Made by a program: the position numbers and the translations under genes. From an uncultured Pseudomonadota bacterium (GTDB lineage: Bacteria > Pseudomonadota > Alphaproteobacteria > RF32 > CAG-239): a stretch of 64,000 bases of DNA. Below, in pieces: positions 19,984 to 28,481 of the stretch. The stretch is from assembly GCA_949295025.1 (NCBI GenBank), contig CASFJK010000002.1:21372-85371 (forward strand), in the 5' to 3' direction. The notes under the pieces are model-generated. The model was not told the origin of the DNA. It did not search any database and worked only from the letters and a program-made list of their open reading frames with translations. The number at the start of each line of letters is the position of its first letter. The stretch's first letter is position 1.

Positions 19984-20763
19984 ATGACTGAAGTACTTTT
20001 TAACGGTTTGGCCGGAAGATTGGAAGGTCGGTATCATCAAAGTGATAATCCGGCTGCTCCGATAGCTTTGATTTTGCACCCACATCCGCAATATGGCGGA
20101 ACAATGAATAACAAAGTGGTTTATACTTTGTTTAGCTGTTTTCAACGTTTGGGGTTTTCGGTTTTACGCTTCAATTTTAGAAGTGTTGGTCGTTCTCAAG
20201 GTGAATTTGAAGATGGTCCGGGAGAACTTTCTGATGCAACGGTTGCTTTGGATTGGTTGCAATCTGTAAATCCGGAAGCTCGTCAATGTTGGATTGCCGG
20301 CTATTCTTTTGGAGCATGGATTGGTTTGCAACTTTTGATGCGCCGTCCTGATATCAATAATTTTATTGCCGTTTCTCCACCAGCTAACGAAAAAGACTTT
20401 TCTTTCTTGGCTCCTTGTCCGACGTCCGGTTTGATTGTACAAGGTGGCGCAGATGAAATTGTTAATCCGCAAAGCGTGGCTACGTTGGCAAAACGTTTAA
20501 ATACACAGCGCAATGTTCAAGTTGATTTTGCTTTGCTTGAAGAAGCTGACCATATGTATAATAATCATTTGGTAGATTTGTATAAAATTGCCGGTAATTA
20601 TATTATTGAAGCTGTGAAGAAAAAAGCTCCGCAGAAAAAACGTCGCGGTCGTCGTAAGAAAATAGAAATGCAAGATGAAGAGCCGTTAATGCTGACGGAT
20701 GATACTTCTGATGCTACCGAAAATGATGACTTTGATAATGATTTCGGTGATGATGAAGAATAA
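19984..20763 (+). CDS. Alpha/beta-fold hydrolase with a basic (KKRRGRRKK) and then acidic C-terminal tail
   Basis: GYSFG nucleophile elbow. C-terminal tail KKKAPQKKRRGRRKKIEMQDEEPLMLTDDTSDATENDDFDNDFGDDEE. Confidence 0.65.
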   Translation: MTEVLFNGLAGRLEGRYHQSDNPAAPIALILHPHPQYGGTMNNKVVYTLFSCFQRLGFSVLRFNFRSVGRSQGEFEDGPGELSDATVALDWLQSVNPEARQCWIAGYSFGAWIGLQLLMRRPDINNFIAVSPPANEKDFSFLAPCPTSGLIVQGGADEIVNPQSVATLAKRLNTQRNVQVDFALLEEADHMYNNHLVDLYKIAGNYIIEAVKKKAPQKKRRGRRKKIEMQDEEPLMLTDDTSDATENDDFDNDFGDDEE

Positions 20764-20767
20764 TGAT

Positions 20768-20805
20768 TTTATAAAAAGGGCTTTCTTATGAAAGCCTTTT
20801 TTTAT
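20768..20805 (+). terminator. Rho-independent terminator
   Basis: Hairpin aaagggctttc-tta-tgaaagccttt followed by TTTTTT. Confidence 0.6.
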
Positions 20806-21700
20806 GCTTGTATATTTGTTTTTTTATGCTATTTTGTCTCTTACATTTTTATTTTTTGATGAATTATTAACAAAAAAATTTATGGAAAAAAACATTATTA
20901 TTAGCAAAATGCTTGAAAAAGAAGTCTATGACATTAAGAGTTGTACTAAAACTTCTAATGAAACATGTCGTTTGGTTTTGCAAAAACAAGGCACAAAAAT
21001 GGTTCGAGATGGATTGTCTTATCTTCAAGTTTCTTCTCTGATGAAAAAAAATAATTTTTTTTGGGGAATCTTGTATGGAAAAAAATATGCATCAGAATAT
21101 GTGGTTCATGTTTTTCCTTATTATGATTCCGGCTGGAAAAGATTTGTCTGGAGTGAAAAAATTGATGAGAATCTCTTGTGTCAGCATAAAGAAATTCCAT
21201 ATAAATTAAGTAAATTCTTAAATTTATATGAGAAAATGCAAACTTTGTTTGTCAAAGGATTGAAATCTTGTTTGCAAAATTATCCTAACGCAGAGAGTTG
21301 CACTTTGTCTCCTGTGTTGGATCTTTATTGGGCTGAATTTCTGTGCTTGTATTTTGACAAAACCAGAGCTTTGAATAGGCTAAGAGTTCTACTTCAAGCA
21401 ATTTCCAAAGATACGCGTATTTTGAATAATGCTAATAAGCCGCTGAGTATAGAGAAATATCTTTGTATGTCTCAGTATATTGATAATGAAAAATGTGATT
21501 ATGAAGTACTTGCTCAAACTTATATAAAGAGCATTTATGAATATTTGCTTTTTTGTTATCAAGCAGATTTGTCTTCTTTAACAGATATCTACGGAACAAA
21601 AGAAAATATTGGTGAGTTTGTCAGTATAGAACATTATAAAAACTATTTGCTTCTATTTGACGCTGTAGATGAGGTTATTGCGTATTTGGATTTTGACTAA
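20804..21700 (+). CDS. Hypothetical protein
   Basis: 298-aa AT-rich ORF with a hydrophobic N-terminus. An alternative start MEKNIII lies at 20882. Confidence 0.45.
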   Translation: MLVYLFFYAILSLTFLFFDELLTKKFMEKNIIISKMLEKEVYDIKSCTKTSNETCRLVLQKQGTKMVRDGLSYLQVSSLMKKNNFFWGILYGKKYASEYVVHVFPYYDSGWKRFVWSEKIDENLLCQHKEIPYKLSKFLNLYEKMQTLFVKGLKSCLQNYPNAESCTLSPVLDLYWAEFLCLYFDKTRALNRLRVLLQAISKDTRILNNANKPLSIEKYLCMSQYIDNEKCDYEVLAQTYIKSIYEYLLFCYQADLSSLTDIYGTKENIGEFVSIEHYKNYLLLFDAVDEVIAYLDFD

Positions 21701-21729
21701 CAGTAAAAAAGAGCAGGGATGAATATTTT

Positions 21730-21945
21730 TCAAACCTGCTTTTCTTTTTTTAAATATTTCAGAATATATATTCGAATTGCACTTGATAGATTTTCATGTT
21801 CACGTTTTGAATCAATTTCTGTTACCAGTTGATTGATTGTTTGAAATTTTTCTTTGGCAATTGCTTGCAGCTCTTGCCAAAATTCGTCTTCAAGAGAGAT
21901 ACTGGTTTGATGTCTTCCGGCAATGATAACAGAGATTTTTTTCAT
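21730..21945 (-). CDS. Ribbon-helix-helix (RHH_4-type) small protein
   Basis: 71 aa with GRHQTSISLEDEFWQELQAIA...LVTEID...NLSSAIRIYIL, the conserved pattern of the alphaproteobacterial RHH_4 family. Confidence 0.6.
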   Translation of the reverse strand: MKKISVIIAGRHQTSISLEDEFWQELQAIAKEKFQTINQLVTEIDSKREHENLSSAIRIYILKYLKKEKQV

Positions 21946-22419
21946 TTATTTCTTTTTTCTAAAAGCATCAATAGAAACAACAGTTGCGGAACCAGAAACT
22001 TTTTTCTCTTTTTCTTCTTCAGGAGCGGAGATGGGTTCATTAGCAGAATCTGTTTCTTCTCCGGTTGTAAAACTCAAACCAAATTTTGCATAAGGGTCGG
22101 CAAAGTATGTGACTGCTTCAAAAGGGATAACCAATGTTTGTTGAATACCGCCAAAACTCAAATCTACGGAAAATAAGTTTGGTTCTACTTTTAAGTTATA
22201 AAATTGGTGTTGCAAAACGATAGTCATTTCTTCTGGATATTGATTTTTAAGATATTCAGAAATTTTGCAGTTGGGATGATTGGTTTTGAAGGTGATATAA
22301 AAATGGTTTTCTCCTGGTAAACCTTGTCTTTCAGCAATTTTAAGAGCTTCAATAACAACATTTTTCAATGATTTTTCAATTAGTTTATCATAATTTATTT
22401 CGGTTAAAAATTCTTCCAT
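21946..22419 (-). CDS. sspB: ClpXP adaptor SspB (stringent starvation protein B family)
   Basis: Core TIVLQHQFYNLKVEPNLFSVDLSFGGIQQTLVIPFEAVTYFADPYAKFGLSF aligns to the SspB substrate-binding domain. Acidic linker plus ...VVSIDAFRKKK forms a ClpX-binding-like tail. Start MEEFLTE has an RBS; the track ORF ran on to 22476 into the ssrA terminator. Confidence 0.65.
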   Translation of the reverse strand: MEEFLTEINYDKLIEKSLKNVVIEALKIAERQGLPGENHFYITFKTNHPNCKISEYLKNQYPEEMTIVLQHQFYNLKVEPNLFSVDLSFGGIQQTLVIPFEAVTYFADPYAKFGLSFTTGEETDSANEPISAPEEEKEKKVSGSATVVSIDAFRKKK

Positions 22420-22436
22420 TTTTTTACACCTTAAAT

Positions 22437-22762
22437 TTGTTATAGAAAAGGGCCGTTCTGTTGCTGGGTGGCCCATACCCCACTTTCAACTATCCAGAGT
22501 TAAAAGAATTTGAATTTGTTGCGACTACAAATTAAGCAGCCATTGCAACAGGAGCTACGTTATTATCGTTAGCATTCATTTAGTTTGAACCGATAACGGT
22601 GGTATCTCACCGGGTACGACATACATATCTTTACTGTTCCCAATCAAGCCTGTTTCACCCCCAAAGTTTGTAAGCTTAATTTGGTGGAGGTGCCGGGTAC
22701 CGCCCCCGGGTCTTGAAAACCTATTTCATACAGCCTCTAGTACCATAGCTGAAAAACTCAGC
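22437..22762 (-). ncRNA. ssrA: tmRNA (ssrA), permuted two-piece type
   Basis: The minus strand encodes the tag reading frame GCT AAC GAT AAT AAC GTA GCT CCT GTT GCA ATG GCT GCT TAA, giving ANDNNVAPVAMAA*. The upstream acceptor piece ends ...CACCUCC-ACCA at 22682. After a short loop, the coding piece begins GGGGGUG at 22662, giving an acceptor stem with a G3:U70 pair (Ala identity). A sigma70-like promoter TTGCAA-17-TATATT lies at 22770-22798 on the minus strand. Confidence 0.65.
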
Positions 22763-22769
22763 AAGTCAT

Positions 22770-22798
22770 AATATAGGTGATATTTGGCTACTTTGCAA
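22770..22798 (-). promoter_or_regulatory. Putative sigma70 promoter of ssrA
   Basis: The minus strand reads TTGCAA, then a 17-nt spacer, then TATATT, about 7 nt before the predicted acceptor-piece 5' end. Confidence 0.4.
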
Positions 22799-23752
22799 GC
22801 CTTATCTTTCTTGACAAAACAATATTTAATGATATATTTTTTAACAATTAATTTATTATTCATTTTAAATATTATAATTATGGAAAGAGAAAAAATGATT
22901 GACAGTCTTGGCAACCAAGAACAGGTTCTTTTTTGGTTTGCCAGTAAGTATGATATCAAGCATGTTTCCAAATTGCTGGCTGACGGTTATACTTTGACAA
23001 TAGATGTGCTGGAAGTGCTGTATTTTCTGGGTTATTCTTCTGAACAGATTCTGGATTGTATTAAATCTTGCAAATATTATATTGATGCTAAACTTTTGTT
23101 TGATTGGTTATGCGGCTTTATTGGGCAAGAAAAAACAGAGGCATTTATTATCGCAGAATTTGAATATGATCCTGATTTGTTTCAATATTTTTCATTAGAA
23201 AGTTTGGAAAAGCATAAATGTTGGGATGAATTGGCTTGTCGTAAAGCTGATGACATTTTGTTTAAGCACGGGGTTTATGATAAAATGACGCCGGAAGGTT
23301 TGTATAAACACCAATTGTTTGATGAATATTTTAAGAAGTATGGACATATTAATCCTGAGGATAATGCTGCACTTGATTATTTGGCAGAAAAAGGCTTGTG
23401 GAATATTGTTCAAGCAAACTACAATATACTTAGAAATACGACCAATCAAAAGCTGCTTGATTTTTTGGTGAAGCATAAAAAGTTTGAAATGATTGCCACA
23501 CAAAATGTGATGTATTTGACCAAATTTCCTGAAGGAATTGAGTATTTACAGAAAAATAAACGCTATTATGTTCTGGCGGAAGCCAAACTTTGGGATAAAA
23601 TCGATTGGGACGAGTATTTGCAATCGGGAACAATCAAACCGATGAGAGATGCAGAAACCGCTCAGCAATGGGATGCATTGATGCGTGGTCACCGACATCT
23701 GGTGCTTTTAAAGCATTTCAAGCTTTGGCGTTTTGTTAAATCTTTTTTCTAA
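22784..23752 (+). CDS. Hypothetical protein (AT-rich, lineage-specific)
   Basis: 322-aa ORF. An alternative start MEREKMIDS lies at 22880. No recognised domain. Confidence 0.45.
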   Translation: MATLQALSFLTKQYLMIYFLTINLLFILNIIIMEREKMIDSLGNQEQVLFWFASKYDIKHVSKLLADGYTLTIDVLEVLYFLGYSSEQILDCIKSCKYYIDAKLLFDWLCGFIGQEKTEAFIIAEFEYDPDLFQYFSLESLEKHKCWDELACRKADDILFKHGVYDKMTPEGLYKHQLFDEYFKKYGHINPEDNAALDYLAEKGLWNIVQANYNILRNTTNQKLLDFLVKHKKFEMIATQNVMYLTKFPEGIEYLQKNKRYYVLAEAKLWDKIDWDEYLQSGTIKPMRDAETAQQWDALMRGHRHLVLLKHFKLWRFVKSFF

Positions 23753-23830
23753 AAATTTTTGAGGCTGAGGAATCTTTCTTCAGCCTTTTTTTATATTTAT
23801 TTGTTATTCTCCTGCTAAAGGAGAAAAAAT

Positions 23831-24394
23831 ATGACTAAAGTTGCAATTTGGTGCCGCCATGCACAAGATAATTTGATTGCCGTCGGCAAAAATATTCCTT
23901 GGCAGATAAAGTCCGATTCTGAGTTTTTTATTCATGTTGTGGAAGGATGTAATGTGGTGATGGGGAGGTTGACTTATGAAGCATTACCGAATCGGACAAT
24001 TCCCAATTGCAAAATTTATGTTTTGACTTCGGATTACACTTATAAAGTTTCTGACAAAACGAATCATTTTGTTGTTGATGATGTGCGCTATTTTAAAGAA
24101 TTTCCCGAGGATTTGTACATCGCCGGAGGCGCTAAAGTATATGAATCTTTTCTTGCCGGAGGGGCAAAACTTTTACCTGATATTGTGGTAGATTGTGTGT
24201 ATGACGGGGATATTTTGCCTAACCTAAAAGGGGAAAAAATTGACATATCTTCCTGCATGCCGATTTTAGATAAAAAATATATAAAAGTTGCAGAAAATCA
24301 AGAGGATGGAGTGTCTAGACGCATGCTTATAAAACGTGGAGATTTTGTTGATCAGACGGTTATGAAAAAAATTTTAACACTGATGCAAAAATAG
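23831..24394 (+). CDS. folA: Dihydrofolate reductase-like protein
   Basis: LIAVGKNIPWQIKSDSEFFIHVVEGCNVVMGRLTYEALPNR...IYVLTSD and IAGGAKVYESFL match the DHFR fold motifs. RBS aaggag. Confidence 0.65.
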   Translation: MTKVAIWCRHAQDNLIAVGKNIPWQIKSDSEFFIHVVEGCNVVMGRLTYEALPNRTIPNCKIYVLTSDYTYKVSDKTNHFVVDDVRYFKEFPEDLYIAGGAKVYESFLAGGAKLLPDIVVDCVYDGDILPNLKGEKIDISSCMPILDKKYIKVAENQEDGVSRRMLIKRGDFVDQTVMKKILTLMQK

Positions 24395-24481
24395 GTCTTG
24401 ACTTTATCTGAAATCTGAATATTATGCCGACTTCGTTCAGAAATTAAAATCACGTAATTAAAGTATTTTTAAGAGAGCATT

Positions 24482-25120
24482 ATGAAAGTGCAATATCATA
24501 AATTTTGCCTGAACACACAGGTGGAACAGGCGGTGTTGTGCGCTGAGGATAGCAAAAAACTCAGCTCTCTTTCTATACAAGATTTGGTGCTGCTAAAAGC
24601 AGAATTGTTTGGAATGTATAATTTGAGTAATGATGAATTTATAGATTTTTTAAATGCTCCAAATCGAAAAAAGATTCGTGATATTTCAGAAATGAGTGAA
24701 GATGAAAAACGTGTTGCAAAAGCTTTGGTTCGTTTGAATATTCATGCACGCAGAAGAATGTTGAAAATTGCTTCAGATTTTCGTCAAAAAAAGCCTTCTG
24801 CCAGTGCACAAGAAATTCATGATTTGGCTTTTGTTTTTAGAAATAATGGTAAGGATTTTGTTCCTTTTCCAGAGATAAAACAAATGAATGCATATGTGGC
24901 ATGGTATCATCATCAAAAACTTATTTCTTTGAAAAAGTCTGTTTGGAAAAAGTTTTTGGTAAGAAAATTCGATAAAGCCCTGAATTCTGCCAAAGCAGTG
25001 TTAGACAACTGTTTTTCAGGGCTCGAATACTGGCTTGATGATAGCCGTTCTCAATCATCAGGATCAGTAACTCTTCATAGAGTGGAAAATATTAAGCATC
25101 GCTTAGAGAGAACACACTAA
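24482..25120 (+). CDS. Hypothetical protein
   Basis: 212 aa, basic, with no recognised domain. Confidence 0.45.
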   Translation: MKVQYHKFCLNTQVEQAVLCAEDSKKLSSLSIQDLVLLKAELFGMYNLSNDEFIDFLNAPNRKKIRDISEMSEDEKRVAKALVRLNIHARRRMLKIASDFRQKKPSASAQEIHDLAFVFRNNGKDFVPFPEIKQMNAYVAWYHHQKLISLKKSVWKKFLVRKFDKALNSAKAVLDNCFSGLEYWLDDSRSQSSGSVTLHRVENIKHRLERTH

Positions 25121-25193
25121 TTTTTTAATATAAAGTTATAAACTCCAAGAATAAAACCCCTAAGAAGCAATTCTCAGGGGTTTTATTTTTTTC

Positions 25194-25844
25194 TTAAGCA
25201 GCTTGTTTTTCTTCTAATCCATACGGAATATCATCAAACAAAATTGGAATTTGCTTGCGGAATTCTTTTAGCAACATGAGCATGATATGTTGAACGCTCG
25301 GATGAGCAGCTGGGGCGCAACGGAGTTTGAATATGTGGCGCCACTCTCTGATATTGGCTGTCATAATTACATCGGCCTTGGTAGAGTGGGGAAGCAACAT
25401 TCTCAATTGGTCAGCTTTGGCGCCTTTTTCAGCCATTTCCAGATATGATTTTTCAATCATTTCCATGGTTTTATACCAAATATTATAAATTTCGGAGCCT
25501 TCTTCCATATTACTTGGTTTCATAAAAGTTAGCTCGTTGCCGTATTTGCCTTTGGAATAGTTGCAGAAGCGGGTGCTTTCTATGGCAAAACTAGCCATGC
25601 GGTGACGAGTTAAGTCTTTGTATGCACCAACGTCTGTGGTTAATTTGACTGTGATTGCAAAGTGCTCAATCATAGCTTCATGTCCCATTTCCAGAAGCTT
25701 TTTTATCATTGTTTTTGCAGAATCTGTTGTGATTTTGTCTTCACTTTTATAGCAATTGCGTGCGCAAAGCTCTAAATGCTTCAAAATATAGTCGCCATCA
25801 ATTGGGGTGATGATTTCGATGCTCGGTTCTACAATTTTTACCAT
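25194..25844 (-). CDS. thyX: Flavin-dependent thymidylate synthase
   Basis: ThyX signature RHRMASFAIESTR (RHRxxSxxxxSxR) in a 216-aa protein. Confidence 0.85.
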   Translation of the reverse strand: MVKIVEPSIEIITPIDGDYILKHLELCARNCYKSEDKITTDSAKTMIKKLLEMGHEAMIEHFAITVKLTTDVGAYKDLTRHRMASFAIESTRFCNYSKGKYGNELTFMKPSNMEEGSEIYNIWYKTMEMIEKSYLEMAEKGAKADQLRMLLPHSTKADVIMTANIREWRHIFKLRCAPAAHPSVQHIMLMLLKEFRKQIPILFDDIPYGLEEKQAA

Positions 25845-25908
25845 TGTTCTTGTTCCTCTTGCAAAAAAAATTATTTCTTTTACATTACAAGAAAAAAAGG
25901 AGATTTGT

Positions 25909-26376
25909 ATGATTAATTATATTTATACACCAATAAAGTTTGTAAAGCTTTCTCACTATGTTGAAAATGAAAATAATTTGACATATTCAACAGATGGGGC
26001 TGCTTGTTTTGATATTTGTGCCGCACTTTCTGAGCCATATGTATTGAAAGCAGGGGAAAGATATGGTTTCCCGACAGCTATTAAGACTGCACCGGAATTT
26101 CCTTTGTGGTTTAGAGTTAACTCACGCAGCGGTTTGGCTCTAAAACAAGGAATTTTTGCTATCGGTGGTATTATTGATACAGATTATCGAGGAGAGTGGA
26201 AGATTATTCTTGTGAATTGCGGTAAAGAAGATTATGTCGTTAATCCTGGTGATAAGATAGCACAAGTTGAGCTGCCTTTTCCGTATCGAGCAAAGTTTGA
26301 AGAAGTATCCGAAACAGATTTTGCTTCTTTGCAAACAAATCGTGGTGAGGGTGGTTTTGGTTCAAGTGGAAGATAG
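25909..26376 (+). CDS. dut: dUTP diphosphatase
   Basis: dUTPase motifs (AACFDICA, SRSGLALK, GIIDTDYRGE, GGFGSSG). Start ATG at 25909 has RBS aaggag; the track ORF begins further upstream at 25807. Confidence 0.85.
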   Translation: MINYIYTPIKFVKLSHYVENENNLTYSTDGAACFDICAALSEPYVLKAGERYGFPTAIKTAPEFPLWFRVNSRSGLALKQGIFAIGGIIDTDYRGEWKIILVNCGKEDYVVNPGDKIAQVELPFPYRAKFEEVSETDFASLQTNRGEGGFGSSGR

Positions 26377-26457
26377 TTTTTTAAAGCAAAAGCCCATGTT
26401 TTCACAACAGGGGCTTTTTTTTAATTAAATCTATGGAAATATAGGATGCAAAATTTG

Positions 26458-26787
26458 TCAGAAAGATAGACTCAAATTATATGAGTGTAAATTGAAACGA
26501 TGCATCCTTGGAATATATTCAATTGCTTTATTTTTAGGGCGCTCTAAAACATAGTCAGGCACAAAGTGGCTGATTGTATCAGAATTTAGAGCAACGATGA
26601 TAACATCTTTGTTTTCTAATTTTCCTCGAATGTTATAGCTGACGAACATTCTTGCTTCAGGAAAATTTTGGCTTGGATATTTTAGCATACTGTATGTTTG
26701 ATAAACATTTCCAAGTAGAACGATTCCATTTTCTTTTGCATAATTTTCAATTGCATTAGCAACTTCATTTGAACAAATTTTTTCCAT
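26458..26787 (-). CDS. Hypothetical protein
   Basis: 109-aa ORF with no recognised domain. Confidence 0.4.
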   Translation of the reverse strand: MEKICSNEVANAIENYAKENGIVLLGNVYQTYSMLKYPSQNFPEARMFVSYNIRGKLENKDVIIVALNSDTISHFVPDYVLERPKNKAIEYIPRMHRFNLHSYNLSLSF

Positions 26788-26867
26788 TTTTTTTATAAAT
26801 TTAGTGATAATAATTATTAGTTAAGGCTTTCTATTAGCATATGAAATATTATTAATCAAGCCTTATT

Positions 26868-27596
26868 TTATCCTAAAAGACTTAAAATTATGCCGATTGA
26901 AAACGGGATTGATAAATTATCATCAATTTCTGTTTTATCTTCATATACTTCAGCGGCTGTAGCCAATAAGCAAGCCAAAACCGAAGCATAGGTGAAATGG
27001 AAAATGGGTTCAAAGAGCATGCAGATAAATAAAGCACTCATAAAGAAAGCAGTTGTTCCTTCCATGGATTTATTCTTATATATCCGCCTTGTGCCATATG
27101 CTTTACCGATGAGGGCAGCAAAGGTATCTGAAATGAGCATAACCGACATGGAAATAACGGCAATTTCTTTGGAAAAAAGAAGCGTGCAAGCAATAGCTGC
27201 CAACAAAACATAGAGAGAGCCGCTGCTTTGAAAGTAAATGCGCTTGGTTTCTTTTTGTCTTAGAGTTTTGAAAAACAGACGACCAAAAATTTTGCGTGCC
27301 CAGTTCCAACGTTGGTAGTTTCCATATTCCAAAATGGCATCGGCAACAAATAAAACAGAAAAAACGATAATGGCAATTCCTGGATGCACAAAATATATTA
27401 ATGCCGGAATCCATAGAGAACTTAAATGTATGCTTTTGCGAAATATTTCTTTTTTATAAGATTTATCAACGGCATCAATTCTTCTTCTAACATATTCAAT
27501 ACGTTCAAGCGATGCGGCTTTAAAACGAGAACGCAAACGGATGACTTTTTCAATATTGAAGCGTTGCAGAGCTCCTTTGAAGCGGTTAATTATCAT
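26868..27596 (-). CDS. CTP_transf_1-family membrane protein (CdsA / dolichol-kinase-like)
   Basis: Multi-TM protein with SDTFAALIGKAYG...KSMEGT, matching the CdsA-family C-terminal motif. Confidence 0.55.
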   Translation of the reverse strand: MIINRFKGALQRFNIEKVIRLRSRFKAASLERIEYVRRRIDAVDKSYKKEIFRKSIHLSSLWIPALIYFVHPGIAIIVFSVLFVADAILEYGNYQRWNWARKIFGRLFFKTLRQKETKRIYFQSSGSLYVLLAAIACTLLFSKEIAVISMSVMLISDTFAALIGKAYGTRRIYKNKSMEGTTAFFMSALFICMLFEPIFHFTYASVLACLLATAAEVYEDKTEIDDNLSIPFSIGIILSLLG

Positions 27597-28323
27597 GAAT
27601 AGAATGTTCCTGTGTATGACTGTTTTTTATACGGTTACGAAGTAGCATCAGACGAGAGTTCTTTTTTACAAAGCTGTTAAAAAGACTATAGGTTTTGTCT
27701 TCAGCAATGCGACTGTTATAAGAATTAGTCTGATTATTTAATTTTTCAATATCAATATTCATAAAAGCCAAAAAACAAACAGCAATATACAATATAAAAT
27801 GAAAAATTCGGCGCCCGAAAGATGGGGTTTCTATTTTTGTGAAAAGAAATTTTTTACAAAGTAGGCAGAGCAGGAGGCTGCATAACAAAATGAGGCTTAA
27901 AAGCTGCGCTAAAGGATATTCATCATAAATTTCTAATAAAATTTGTCTTGCTTGGTCCAAATATTTTTCTGAAGCCGTATCTTTTAAGATATTAAATTCT
28001 CCCCAAAAGATGGTTGAGGAAACATTTTCTAGTATGTTTAGGAATATAAAAATTGTGAAAACAGTATAGGTGATAAATTTATCATATTTATTGTTTTGAT
28101 ATTTCTTAGGTAAAAGAGTTAGATATGCGACATAGGGAAATATCATAATCAAAAAGGAAACAAATGAAGTGAGTTGTAAAACACCAAGGTCTTGGATAAT
28201 GGTTTTGAATGTCCAATCTACATTATTAAAATTATCAATTGCTAAATAAAGTGCAGCCAGAAATTCTATGCTGATAAAGCAAATTAAAAATAGGGCTAAT
28301 CTTCTGACTAAAAATGAGTTCAT
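27586..28323 (-). CDS. Integral membrane protein, hypothetical
   Basis: 245 aa with 5-6 TM helices. Overlaps the downstream gene by 11 nt (operon). Confidence 0.5.
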   Translation of the reverse strand: MNSFLVRRLALFLICFISIEFLAALYLAIDNFNNVDWTFKTIIQDLGVLQLTSFVSFLIMIFPYVAYLTLLPKKYQNNKYDKFITYTVFTIFIFLNILENVSSTIFWGEFNILKDTASEKYLDQARQILLEIYDEYPLAQLLSLILLCSLLLCLLCKKFLFTKIETPSFGRRIFHFILYIAVCFLAFMNIDIEKLNNQTNSYNSRIAEDKTYSLFNSFVKKNSRLMLLRNRIKNSHTQEHSIHDN

Positions 28324-28481
28324 TTGTTTTCTCTAATGCAACTATAAGTTTTTATATCTGCCATTTTACGTTGACAAGCGATAATATGCAATCATAAAAG
28401 CAAAATTATACATACCTGTTTTGCAAAAAAAATATCTCCGAAAACTATTCAGAGATATTTTTTTTCTTAATTATTAATAGG

